DNA of 64,000 nucleotides from Alphaproteobacteria bacterium (GTDB taxonomy: Bacteria > Pseudomonadota > Alphaproteobacteria > CALKHQ01). The notes beneath the pieces were generated by a model. It saw only the letters and a program-made list of their open reading frames with translations. It was not told where the DNA came from and made no database searches. The position numbers and the translations under genes were made by a program. Each line of letters opens with the position of its first letter. Position 1 is the stretch's first letter. Location: assembly GCA_965227515.1 (NCBI GenBank), contig CBDDFZ010000001.1:64001-128000 (forward strand), written 5' to 3'. Shown in pieces: positions 54,792-63,859 of the stretch.

Positions 54792-55445
54792 ATGTCCGAC
54801 TCAAACAATCTCAGCCGCACCGCCGCCGACGCCCTGATCGACGCCGAATGCCTGTTGCTGCGGACAGACCCGCCGTTCCGCATGACGTCCGGCATGATGA
54901 CCCCCTACTACGTCAATTGCCGCCAGGTGCTCGGCGCGCCCGGCCCGCGCAGCGCCATTGCCGACGCCATGGCCGCCGCCGCACGCAACCTTCCCCCGGC
55001 CGATGTGATCGCCGGCGGGGTGACCGCCGGTGTGCCGTTCGCCACCATGCTGGCCGACCGGCTGGCGCTGCCGCTGGCCTACGTGCGCGGGGCACCCAAG
55101 GCACACGGCACCGGCGACCGGATCGAGGGTGCGGCCGTTGCGGGGCGCCGCGTGCTGCTGGTCGAGGACCTGGTCACCACCGGCGGCAGCAGCCTGGATT
55201 TCGCCGCCGCCCTGCGCGACGCCGGCGCGGAGGTCAGCCACGTGATGGTGGTGCTGTTGCGCAGCGCCACCGACGTTGCCGCCGCGTTCGACGGCGCCGC
55301 ACTGACCATGACCCCGCTGACCGATATCGACATGCTGATCGCCCGCGCCGCGGCGCGCAACGCGGCCAGCGCCGAGGTCATTGCCGCGGTCCATGCCTAC
55401 CAGGCCGATCCCAAGGCGTGGTCGGACGCCCACGGCGGCACCTGA
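54792..55445 (+). CDS. pyrE: Orotate phosphoribosyltransferase
   Basis: F.MTSG..TPYYVNCR, KAHG, LVEDLVTTGGS. Confidence 0.88.
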   Translation: MSDSNNLSRTAADALIDAECLLLRTDPPFRMTSGMMTPYYVNCRQVLGAPGPRSAIADAMAAAARNLPPADVIAGGVTAGVPFATMLADRLALPLAYVRGAPKAHGTGDRIEGAAVAGRRVLLVEDLVTTGGSSLDFAAALRDAGAEVSHVMVVLLRSATDVAAAFDGAALTMTPLTDIDMLIARAAARNAASAEVIAAVHAYQADPKAWSDAHGGT

Positions 55446-55449
55446 CTCT

Positions 55450-55566
55450 CGTCATTGCGAGGAGCGGCGACTTTGGTCGGCGCGACGCGGCAATCCACAG
55501 CAACGTCGCGGCCGCCACGGCAATCGCCTGGATCGCCGCGCCGACATGTGTCGGCTCGCGATGACG
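55450..55566. repeat. CGTC-tagged REP doublet (family C)
   Basis: cgtcattgcgaggagcg...gcgacgcggcaatcca...ctggatcgc...ctcgcgatgacg; second copy at 60731. Confidence 0.88.
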
Positions 55567-55704
55567 CCAATTTCTTGGTTTGCAACCAGCCCTATCGCTG
55601 ACCCGCCACACGCGCCTGATGGCGCCAAAATGAACATTTTCCGCTTCCCGCACGACTGACAGACAAGGAGCCAAGTCGGCACCCACAGGAACGGGGGCGC
55701 TGTC

Positions 55705-56040
55705 ATGCGTGCGAAGCGATTTTTCGGAAGCATAGCCATTGCGTGCGTTGCAGCACTGCTGAGCAGCGCGCAGGCCTGGGCCGACCGCGATCCGCCGCCG
55801 AGCGCCGATGACATGCGCCGCTTCGCCTACGACGCCATCGCGCCGCAGCCGGACGTCAACCTGCCAAATGGCAACGACGCCCCTGCTCTCGCCGTCGTCC
55901 CGGACACGGACCTGCCGCGCCGTCCCGAGAACATGCTGGACGCGGAAATCGACAAGCTGATGGGGCTGGCCCCCGGCCTGCCCGGCACGGATGGCATCGT
56001 GCTGATCGGCGAGCGACGCGTCGAACCCGGCAGCGAATAG
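55705..56040 (+). CDS. Small exported hypothetical protein
   Basis: Signal peptide ending AQAWA; host-like codon usage in the mature part. Confidence 0.6.
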   Translation: MRAKRFFGSIAIACVAALLSSAQAWADRDPPPSADDMRRFAYDAIAPQPDVNLPNGNDAPALAVVPDTDLPRRPENMLDAEIDKLMGLAPGLPGTDGIVLIGERRVEPGSE

Positions 56041-56148
56041 GACCTTGGCGCGCTCTGCCCCATATCCGGTCAAGGGTGACAAGGGTTGTTGCGGAGCGAT
56101 ATAAGGTCCGCCACCTTGTCGGCACGACATCGATCTCGGGAGCAGACC

Positions 56149-57444
56149 ATGAGCGCCGTCGTAGCGCTGGACACCATTGGGGATAGCGGCGACATCGAAG
56201 CCGCGATGCTCGCGCTGGGGCGCGACGCAAAGGCGGCCGCCCACACACTGGCCATCGCCACCCCGGAGACCAAGGCCGCCGCCCTGCGGGCGATGGCCGC
56301 CGCGATCCGCGATGCCGTCCCGCAGATCCTCGATGCCAACGCCAAGGACATGGCCGCCGCGACCGAGCGGGGCCTGCGCCCCTCCATGCTCGACCGCCTG
56401 AAGCTGGACGATCAGCGCATCGAGGCGATGGCGAAGGGCCTGGAGGACATCGCCGCCTTCACCGACCCGGTGGGCGAGGTCACCGCCGCCTGGACCCGGC
56501 CCAATGGGCTCAGGATCGAGCGGGTGCGCGTGCCCATCGGCGTGATCGGCGTGATCTACGAATCCCGCCCCAACGTCACCGCCGATGCCGGCGGCCTGTG
56601 CCTGAAGGCGGGCAACGCCGCCATCCTGCGCGGCGGGTCGGAGAGCTACCACTCCACCCGCGCCATCCACGCCTGCCTGCAGCAGGGCCTGGACGCCGTT
56701 GGGCTGCCGGCTGCGGCGATCCAGCTCGTGCCGACCACCGACCGCGCCGCCGTTGGCGTACTGTTGAAGATGGCCGAGTTCGTCGACGTGATCGTGCCGC
56801 GTGGCGGCAAGTCGCTGATCGAGCGGGTGCAGAACGAGAGCCGGGTGCCGGTGTTCGCCCACCTGGAAGGGCTCTGCCACACCTATGTCGATGCCGCCGC
56901 CGACCTGGAGAAGGCGCGCGCCATTATCGTCAACGCCAAGATGCGGCGTACCGGCATCTGCGGCGCCACCGAGACCGTGCTGGTCGACCGCGCCATCGCC
57001 GGTACCGCCCTGAAGCCCATCGTCGCCTCCTTGATCGACGCCGGCTGCGCGGTCCGCGGCGACGCCGACACCCAGGCCGCCGACGACCGGGTGGAGCCGG
57101 CCGAGGACGCGGACTGGACCACGGAATACCTGGAGGCCATCGTCTCGATGAAGGTGGTGGACGGCGTGGCCGGGGCCATCGCGCACATCAACGCCAACGG
57201 CTCGAACCACACCGACGCCATCGTCACCGAGGACAATGCCACGGCCGACCGGTTCCTGCGCGAGGTCGACAGCGCCATCGTCATGCACAACACCTCGACC
57301 CAGTTCGCCGACGGCGGCGAGTTCGGCATGGGGGCCGAGATCGGCATCGCCACCGGCAAGCTGCACGCGCGCGGGCCGGTGGGGGCCGAGCAGCTCACCA
57401 GCTTCAAGTACCTGGTGCGCGGCACCGGGCAGGTCCGGCCCTGA
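56149..57444 (+). CDS. proA: Gamma-glutamyl phosphate reductase
   Basis: [34 protein letters not shown]. Confidence 0.97.
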   Translation: MSAVVALDTIGDSGDIEAAMLALGRDAKAAAHTLAIATPETKAAALRAMAAAIRDAVPQILDANAKDMAAATERGLRPSMLDRLKLDDQRIEAMAKGLEDIAAFTDPVGEVTAAWTRPNGLRIERVRVPIGVIGVIYESRPNVTADAGGLCLKAGNAAILRGGSESYHSTRAIHACLQQGLDAVGLPAAAIQLVPTTDRAAVGVLLKMAEFVDVIVPRGGKSLIERVQNESRVPVFAHLEGLCHTYVDAAADLEKARAIIVNAKMRRTGICGATETVLVDRAIAGTALKPIVASLIDAGCAVRGDADTQAADDRVEPAEDADWTTEYLEAIVSMKVVDGVAGAIAHINANGSNHTDAIVTEDNATADRFLREVDSAIVMHNTSTQFADGGEFGMGAEIGIATGKLHARGPVGAEQLTSFKYLVRGTGQVRP

Positions 57445-58109
57445 CGTCCGACACGTCTTCCCAACTGCTGCCGGTGCCGCCATCGCGCTGGACCCGGAAA
57501 CGCATCGGGCTGCTCGGCGGATCGTTCAATCCTGCCCATGACGGCCATGTGCACATCAGCCAGGTCGCGTTGCGCCGGTTGCGGCTGGACGAGGTGTGGT
57601 GGCTGGTGGCGCCGCAGAACCCGCTGAAGTCGACCGATGGCATGGCGCCGTTCGAAGAGCGGGTCGCCGGGGCGAAGGCACAAGTGGCCGCGGCTGGCGC
57701 CGCGCGGCGCATCCGCGTCAGCCGGTTCGAGCACGACATCGGCGTGTTCCACACCGTCGACACCTTGCGCGCGCTTTGCCGCCGCTATCGCCGCGCACAC
57801 TTCGTCTGGCTGATGGGGGCGGACAATCTGGCCGACATCCATCGCTGGCGGGCGTGGTCATCGATATTTCACATCACGCCGATTGCGATCCTGGATCGGC
57901 CTTCATATTCTCTCAGGGCCTTGATCAGCGTTGCATCGCGTCGGTTCGCAAGGGCTCGACAGCGGCCGCGGCTGGCCGTAGGCTTGGCCGGAATGACGCC
58001 ACCGGCATGGATGTTTCTCCCCATCCGGCGGCATGCGGCATCGGCCACCGCGATCCGAGCGCAAGGCGCAGCGGACGCGCCGCGCTCGGTTGGCAATGGG
58101 TCCGCATAA
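57441..58109 (+). CDS. nadD: Nicotinate-nucleotide adenylyltransferase (start CTG 57441 or GTG 57474)
   Basis: [34 protein letters not shown]. Confidence 0.92.
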   Translation: MTSDTSSQLLPVPPSRWTRKRIGLLGGSFNPAHDGHVHISQVALRRLRLDEVWWLVAPQNPLKSTDGMAPFEERVAGAKAQVAAAGAARRIRVSRFEHDIGVFHTVDTLRALCRRYRRAHFVWLMGADNLADIHRWRAWSSIFHITPIAILDRPSYSLRALISVASRRFARARQRPRLAVGLAGMTPPAWMFLPIRRHAASATAIRAQGAADAPRSVGNGSA

Positions 58110-58119
58110 GGAGGGCGCA

Positions 58120-58500
58120 ATTTCCGCCACAGTGTTGCCGTTCGGCAAAAGGCCGCTTGCGGCCGACGCAGTGCTGCAGATTGTTCAGCACTCTTTGGAC
58201 GACGACAAAGCAGAAGATGTCGTCGTGATCGATCTCAAGGGAAAAACCAGCATCGGCGACTTCATGGTCGTGGCCAGCGGGCGATCGCACCGGCATGTGA
58301 ATGCGATCACCCAGCACCTGGCAGCGGCCCTGAAGGACAACGGCGTGCGCGGTGCGCGCGTCGAGGGCGCCGAAAAGGGAGACTGGGTACTGATCGACGC
58401 CGGTGACGTCATCGTGCACATCTTCCGCCCCGAGATCAGGACGTTCTACAACCTGGAAAAGATGTGGCAGATGCCCGGACCGCAGGAAGCTGCGGTTTGA
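58120..58500 (+). CDS. rsfS: Ribosome silencing factor RsfS (probable ATT start)
   Basis: LDDDKAED, MVVASGRS.RHV, DWVLIDAGDVIVHIF, FYNLEKMW. Confidence 0.92.
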   Translation: MSATVLPFGKRPLAADAVLQIVQHSLDDDKAEDVVVIDLKGKTSIGDFMVVASGRSHRHVNAITQHLAAALKDNGVRGARVEGAEKGDWVLIDAGDVIVHIFRPEIRTFYNLEKMWQMPGPQEAAV

Positions 58501-58544
58501 GGGCCCGTCGTGCCGCCCAGGGGCCAACGTTGAGCTAGGCCGCC

Positions 58545-59000
58545 ATCCGTATCGTCATCGCCGCGGCGGGGCGCCTGAAGGGCCACCCGCTGCAACCGGC
58601 GTTCGATGCCTATGCCACCCGGCTGACCTGGACGCTCGCTGTGCAGGAAGTGGATGTGCGCGGCAATCTGTCGGCGGGCGAGCGCGCCGCCAAGGAAGCG
58701 GCCGGCCTGCAGAAGGCAGTCGCACCGTGCCAGACCGTGGTGGCGCTGGACAGCCGGGGTGAGCGCGCCACCAGCACCGCGATCGCCAAGCGCCTCGCGG
58801 GCTGGGCCGAGGAGGCCCGCCTGCCGGTGGGCTTCCTGATCGGCGGCGCCGACGGACTGGCGCCCGGCCTTCTCGACACCGCGCATTGGCGGCTCAGCTT
58901 CGGCCGCCAGACCTGGCCGCACCTGCTGGCCCGGGTGATGCTGATCGAACAGCTCTACCGCGCCCAGCAGATCCTCGCCGGCCACCCGTATCATCATTGA
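58545..59000 (+). CDS. rlmH: 23S rRNA pseudouridine(1915) N3-methyltransferase RlmH (apparent ATC start)
   Basis: (I)RIVIAAAGRLK...FLIGGADG...TWPHLLARVMLIEQLYRA..ILAGHPYH. Confidence 0.9.
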   Translation: MRIVIAAAGRLKGHPLQPAFDAYATRLTWTLAVQEVDVRGNLSAGERAAKEAAGLQKAVAPCQTVVALDSRGERATSTAIAKRLAGWAEEARLPVGFLIGGADGLAPGLLDTAHWRLSFGRQTWPHLLARVMLIEQLYRAQQILAGHPYHH

Positions 59001-59013
59001 TGCCAATACAGTG

Positions 59014-59128
59014 CGTCATGGTCGGGCTTATCCCGACCATCCACGTCTTATTGGCCGCTTCGCGGCCAGCTCGTGGATGCCTCCTCGGATCAAGTCCGAG
59101 GACAGGCTTCACACGTGCGGGCATGACG
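59014..59128. repeat. CGTC-tagged REP doublet (family B) with a nested hairpin
   Basis: cgtcatggtcgggcttatcccgaccatccacg...cgtggatgcc[tcctcggatcaagtccgagga]...gcgggcatgacg. Confidence 0.85.
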
Positions 59129-59295
59129 ACGGAGATTGGGCAGCAGCCAGAAACGCTAACAACGACAACCTCATCAGGTACGTAGATGGGCTAACGGCCC
59201 TTGTTTGGTGGCGTGCATGAGTGGTCGTCCCTCAAGATGTCGGTGTCATACACGGAGTCGGGTTTGCCGCTCCAAGACATCGAGGAGAGACGACC

Positions 59296-60339
59296 ATGAA
59301 CTACTATGCCGGGATTGACGTTTCTTTGGAATGGTCATCGGTATGCGTTGTTGACGGCGCGGGCGGGATTGTCTGCGAGGCTCGTATTGCGAGCACGCCG
59401 GCGGGTTTGTTGTTGTGGTTTGGGTCTTTGGGGATTTCGGTTGAGCGGATTGGTCTTGAGGCGGGGCCGTTGTCGCAATGGCTTGTGCGGGAGTGCGCGC
59501 AGGGCGGTCTTTCGGTTGAGTTGCTGGAGACGCGTCATGTTGCGCGGGCCCTTTCGACGATGCCGGTGAAGTCGGACCGCTCGGACGCACGCGGGATTGC
59601 TCAGCTGATGCGTGTGGGCTGGTTTCGGCCGGTTCACTGCAAGTCTTTGGCGGCCCAGGAGATGCGGGCCCTTTTGAAGGGTCGCGACCAGCTCCGCGCG
59701 AAGCTGCACGATCTTGAGATGCACCTTCGTGGTCAGCTGCGGAACTTCGGGCTGAAGGTAGGGCACACCACCAGGCGCAGCTTTTCGACACGTATTTCGG
59801 AGCTTGTGGCGGGGCATCCGGTACTGGAGGCGGTGGCGGGGGCGCTGCTGTCGGCACGCGATGGCCTGTTGCTATCGTTCACGGCGCTGGACCGGCAGGT
59901 CCGGGCGGCGGCGCAGGCCGACGATCGCGCTCGCCTGCTGATGACGGTGCCGGGCGTGGGGAGCATTGTCGGACTGACCTACTTGTCGGGAGTGGACGAC
60001 CCCGGGCGGTTTGCCTCGTCGCGCCTGGTGGGTGCGCACTTCGGCCTGACGCCGACCAAGCGCCAGTCGGGCGAGAGCGAGGTGATGGGGCGGATATCGA
60101 AGGTAGGGGACGCCGATGTGCGCTCGGCCCTCTATGAGGCGGCACACGTGGTTCTGACCCGGCCGATCGAGGGCGGCTGGCTGAAGAGCTGGGCGATGAA
60201 GCTGGCCAGGCGTGCGGGCATGAGGAAGGCGAAGGTCGCGCTGGCGCGCCGGCTCGCCGTCATCATGCACCGGATGTGGGTTGACGGCACACCGTTCAAC
60301 CATGCCGGACCGGTGCGCCCGGCGATGGCGACAGCATGA
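59296..60339 (+). CDS. IS110 family DEDD recombinase/transposase (347 aa)
   Basis: AGIDVS, GLEAGP, KSDRSDA, TVPGVG, RQSG; GAGGAG SD. Confidence 0.95.
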   Translation: MNYYAGIDVSLEWSSVCVVDGAGGIVCEARIASTPAGLLLWFGSLGISVERIGLEAGPLSQWLVRECAQGGLSVELLETRHVARALSTMPVKSDRSDARGIAQLMRVGWFRPVHCKSLAAQEMRALLKGRDQLRAKLHDLEMHLRGQLRNFGLKVGHTTRRSFSTRISELVAGHPVLEAVAGALLSARDGLLLSFTALDRQVRAAAQADDRARLLMTVPGVGSIVGLTYLSGVDDPGRFASSRLVGAHFGLTPTKRQSGESEVMGRISKVGDADVRSALYEAAHVVLTRPIEGGWLKSWAMKLARRAGMRKAKVALARRLAVIMHRMWVDGTPFNHAGPVRPAMATA

Positions 60340-60404
60340 TGGCCGCGGCATAAGGAGAACCGACACACGAGCTTCGACGGGCACCGACACCGGCCCGTCG
60401 AGCG

Positions 60405-60567
60405 CCGTCCCGCGCCGGGACGATGGATCAGGTCAGGCCGCCATCCGGGATGTCGCCTCGCATGAGAGCACGCTTCCGTAGATTGGACCGACCGATCCTC
60501 GCATATCCATCTTGGCGGCGGCCCTGCGCCGACCCCGTACAGAAGCATGACCCAGGCGCCGGGACGA
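60405..60567 (+). ncRNA. Putative seek/bridge RNA of the second IS110 (ends approximate)
   Basis: Target guides CCATCCGGG (60441-49) and CGTAG (60477-81); donor guides CCATCTT (60507-13) and TACAGAAG (60538-45). Confidence 0.72.
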
Positions 60568-60603
60568 CGAAAAAGGGATTGACCAACAATGGCCCGTTAC
60601 AGA

Positions 60604-60694
60604 AGCCCGGATGGAGCGCAACGTAATCCGGGGACGACAAGACTGCGTCGTTACGAATTGCCCCGGATTTCACGTCGTATCATCCGGGCTACGT
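60604..60694. repeat. GTAG-tagged REP doublet (family E), left arm split by the IS
   Basis: [cgt]agcccggatggagcgcaacgtaatccgggg...ccccggattt...catccgggctacgt. Confidence 0.85.
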
Positions 60695-60730
60695 GACCGA
60701 GCCCAGCGGCAGAAGTCATCGACCCGTTGC

Positions 60731-60854
60731 CGTCATTGCGAGGAGCGCCGCCCATCTCTTGGAATGGGGGGCGCGACGCGGCAATCCAGAGCAACCTATG
60801 CGACGTCACGTCAATCGCCTGGATCGCGTCGTCGTTTCACTCCTCGCGATGACG
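60731..60854. repeat. CGTC-tagged REP doublet (family C)
   Basis: cgtcattgcgaggagcg...gcgacgcggcaatcca...ctggatcgcgtc...ctcgcgatgacg. Confidence 0.88.
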
Positions 60855-60905
60855 CCACACGTAGTGGGTGTGTCAGAGAATAGTGCCGGTGGTATGAGCC
60901 GGCGC

Positions 60906-61349
60906 CTACTCCGGGGCCAGGCGGCGCAGTATCTCGTAGAGACGGTCGAAGTCGGCATCGCCGATCTGCGCGCGGATGTCGGCCTCCACCTGGCGCTTGA
61001 CCCGTTCCGCATCCTGCTGCGCCTTCAGGCCCTTGTCGGTGTAGACGATGATCTTGGCGCGGCCGTCGTCAGGGTCGGGCCGGCGCGCCACAACGCCCTC
61101 GCGCTCCAGGTCGTCTACCATCTGCTGCACCGCCTGTTTGGTGAGCCCGATCCGCTGCACCAGCACCGACTGCTTGGTGCCGCGCGGGTCGATATACGGC
61201 AGGATCGAGCCACGCGCCTCCGCGTACCAGCCATGCCCCGCCGCGACCATGCCCTGCGCGAACGCCTGCTTCCAGCGCGCGGTCGCGTTCCACAGCCGCC
61301 AGCCGATGTGGTCGATGCGGGTACTGTTGAGGGTGTTTTCATGGTCCAT
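60906..61349 (-). CDS. MarR family regulator
   Basis: LTKQAVQQMVDDLE..G.V.RRPDPDDGRAK...TDKG. Confidence 0.92.
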   Translation of the reverse strand: MDHENTLNSTRIDHIGWRLWNATARWKQAFAQGMVAAGHGWYAEARGSILPYIDPRGTKQSVLVQRIGLTKQAVQQMVDDLEREGVVARRPDPDDGRAKIIVYTDKGLKAQQDAERVKRQVEADIRAQIGDADFDRLYEILRRLAPE

Positions 61350-61351
61350 TA

Positions 61352-61403
61352 GTCAAGTCACTTGACGAAGTGCGTTCATGGTCATATGGTCAAGTTACTT
61401 GAC
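61352..61403. promoter_or_regulatory. Two palindromic operators GTCAAGT-N-ACTTGAC
   Basis: gtcaagtcacttgac (61352-66) and gtcaagttacttgac (61389-403) between marR and the divergent gene. Confidence 0.8.
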
Positions 61404-61471
61404 GAGTTAATCCACGTCCAGCGCAGCCACCACCGCGAACGCTCGACGCCATGCCAACGAAGGAAAGAGCC

Positions 61472-61795
61472 ATGCAATTCCTGATCAAGGACATCCTGCT
61501 CACCGTCATGCTGGGCAGCACCCATTATGTCGATATCGGCCAGCCGCAGCAGGCCGTGATCTACTACCAGACCGAGGAAACCGCCTACATCCGCTTTCCC
61601 GACGGCAACGTCCTGCAGGGCGACTGGAACCTGACCGAGACCGGCTATCACGTCGCCTGGCAGGGCGGGCCGAGCGCGGAATGGCGCATCGCCCATCAGC
61701 CGGGCCGGTTCTGGTATGTCGACGACACGGGCGCAGAGCGCGGCGACATCACCATGATCGTGCCTGGCGACCCGGAGGGATTGGCAGCCAACTAA
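61472..61795 (+). CDS. Small beta-rich hypothetical protein
   Basis: AAGGAAAG SD, host codon usage, G.W...G..V.W pattern; divergent from marR. Confidence 0.7.
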   Translation: MQFLIKDILLTVMLGSTHYVDIGQPQQAVIYYQTEETAYIRFPDGNVLQGDWNLTETGYHVAWQGGPSAEWRIAHQPGRFWYVDDTGAERGDITMIVPGDPEGLAAN

Positions 61796-62883
61796 CGGTC
61801 CGGGTTGAAGGGGCCGAGGTCGATTGTCGTGCGGCCGTCCGCGATCAGTTCGGCGATCGCCTCCCCCGTCGCCGGGGCATCGAGGATGCCCCACACGCTG
61901 TGGCCGGTGGCGACATACGCGCCGGCCACCCCGCCGACACCGCCAACCGGGCCGATCAGCGGCAGCCCGTCGCGGGTCACCGGCCGGTAGCAGGCCTGCT
62001 CGGCGAGGATCTCCGACGACTTCAACAAAGGCGCCACCGCCGCCGCCGCATCGCGCAGTCTCTCCGCCGCGCCATCGTCGGGCGTCACCGCCGCCGCATC
62101 GGCGGTCAGCGGCTGCTCGCTGGACAGGCCGCAGACATAGACCGTGCCGTCGGGCCGCGGGTAGATCTCCGGCGACAAAGTCCCGCCCCCGCCCAGCTCC
62201 ACGTCCGCAAAGACGGCATGCGCCGGCACCTCGCGATCGGGCCGAAACACCACGCTGTTGCCCTTCAGGCCGTAGACCATCGGCAGCGGCAACCACTGGG
62301 TCGCCAGCACCGACCAGGGGCCGAGCGCGATCACCGCCGCATCGCACCCGTGCGGCTCGCCATCGACCACCACCGCTTCCACGGCGTCGCCGGCGTCGTT
62401 GAGATCGACCCCATCCACACTGCCGGACAGCAGCTGCGCGCTGGCCTCCTGGGCCATTTCCATCATCGCCTTTGTGAATTCGCCGGGATGCACCTGGGCG
62501 GTGGTCTGGGTGCCGCCGAGCCGGCCCTGCAGCGCGGCACCGGCCGAAACCCAGGCCGGCAGCTCGCCGCGCCCATGGGCGGAGATGTCGCGCTGGCCGC
62601 TGGCGGCGATGCTCAGGGTCTCCATCCGCCGGTAGCCCCAGTCACGGCCCGACGTTTCGGCCGCCGTCTCGGCCAGCTCGGCATGCAGCGCGAAGCTGCG
62701 CCGGGCGAGCGCGCTGAGCGGCGAATGGTCGTTCCAGTCCAGCGCCAGGAAGCCGCCCGACTTGCCGGAGGCGGCACAGGCCACGCCGGTGCGCTCGACC
62801 ACCGTGACCTCGATTCCGCGCAGCGTGAGGAAATACGCGCAGCACGCGCCGATCACCCCGCCGCCGCAGACGATGACATGCAT
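61792..62883 (-). CDS. FAD-dependent oxidoreductase (DAO/glycine oxidase-like)
   Basis: MHVIVCGGGVIG, ASGKSGG, CYRP...DGLPLIG, ATGHSVWG. Confidence 0.9.
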   Translation of the reverse strand: MHVIVCGGGVIGACCAYFLTLRGIEVTVVERTGVACAASGKSGGFLALDWNDHSPLSALARRSFALHAELAETAAETSGRDWGYRRMETLSIAASGQRDISAHGRGELPAWVSAGAALQGRLGGTQTTAQVHPGEFTKAMMEMAQEASAQLLSGSVDGVDLNDAGDAVEAVVVDGEPHGCDAAVIALGPWSVLATQWLPLPMVYGLKGNSVVFRPDREVPAHAVFADVELGGGGTLSPEIYPRPDGTVYVCGLSSEQPLTADAAAVTPDDGAAERLRDAAAAVAPLLKSSEILAEQACYRPVTRDGLPLIGPVGGVGGVAGAYVATGHSVWGILDAPATGEAIAELIADGRTTIDLGPFNPDR

Positions 62884-62914
62884 CAGCGCGCGCTGCCCGG
62901 GATGGCCAGAGACC

Positions 62915-63421
62915 CTAGTGCCACAGTTTCGGCAGGCCCTCGCCCGCGCCCCACATCGGGTCGGAGGCCGGCACCGGCACGGCCGCCGTCTCGCGCACCG
63001 CGCGTTCCAGGTCGACATCGCCGGCATTGGTCACCGCGCCGTTTTGGCCCGGCGGGTAGCCGCCGACCACCTTGAACCCCGGCGCTTGCGACATCCGCTT
63101 GTGGCCGACGCCGGCCGGGATGATCACCACGTCACCCTCGTTGAAATCGGCAACGATGCCGTGGTCGCCGCCGAAGCCGACCCTGGCACTGCCGGAGATG
63201 CAGCCCAGCACCTCGTGCGCGTGCAGGTGATAGTGCCAATAGGCGAACACGCCGTTCAGCCAGGTGCCCTGCCAGCCATTGCCGTGGAACACGCCCGCGC
63301 AGCCATCGGCGCTGACCGCGTCGCTCGACAGCGCACCGCGATAGACGACCAGCGGAAACCGGTTGTTGGGAATGCCGTCGCCGGCCTCCAGCACGTAGGT
63401 CTCGACGTTCATCTCAGCCAT
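62915..63421 (-). CDS. Cupin protein (YjlB-like)
   Basis: IPNN..PL.VY, WHYHLHAHEVLG, GDVVIIPAGVGH, VGGYP.GQ. Confidence 0.85.
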   Translation of the reverse strand: MAEMNVETYVLEAGDGIPNNRFPLVVYRGALSSDAVSADGCAGVFHGNGWQGTWLNGVFAYWHYHLHAHEVLGCISGSARVGFGGDHGIVADFNEGDVVIIPAGVGHKRMSQAPGFKVVGGYPPGQNGAVTNAGDVDLERAVRETAAVPVPASDPMWGAGEGLPKLWH

Positions 63422-63621
63422 CGGCCCGCCCCCGCATGTTTAAGGATGCCGCCGCAGTATAGCCGCCGAACGCTCGGACGGCGACGTGCCCATGACTCGT
63501 GCACATGACTCGGGCACTTCGGCCACGAAATGATCAAGACTCGGGCAGACGCAATGCAACAGCCGGTTGATTCGGCGGCCATCCAGCCTTGGCACGAGTC
63601 TTGCCCCGTCGAACGCCATAA

Positions 63622-63763
63622 TGCGCCTAGGGTTCCGGTCGCCACCGGTCCGACGCACGGCTGGCGGCGATGCCTGGTCCGAGAGGTGCACTCCCGGTAC
63701 GCCCCCATGTGAGAAATCATGGCTGGGCTTGCCGGAGCCACGGCGGGACAAAAGCCCGGGAGG
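63622..63763 (+). ncRNA. Guanidine-I (ykkC-yxkD) riboswitch
   Basis: ctagggttccg...ctggtccgagag...cacggcgggacaaaagcccgggagg. Confidence 0.9.
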
Positions 63764-63859
63764 CTCGACCGGCGACGCTCGAAAGGCGGTCGACCGGCGA
63801 CGCTCTCCCATGGCGTTGCTTCCGGAAGGGCCTCCCCCGACACGAGAAGGGGGTCTGAC

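Larger units (their letters stand above)
59184..60605 (+). mobile_element. IS110-family element (IS1111 group: sub-terminal IRs, downstream non-coding end) inserted in a GTAG REP at an AG core
   Basis: Flanks rejoin as acgtAGcccggatg, the exact complement of the partner arm catccgggctacgt (60681-94); imperfect IRs taacggcccttgtttggt / accaacaatggcccgtta. Confidence 0.88.

Noticed and set aside
59221-59295. Upstream GTG start for the second transposase; likewise 21133 for the first
   Set aside because: The DEDD domains start right after ATG 59296 (good SD) and ATG 21238; the upstream sequence is non-coding IS end.
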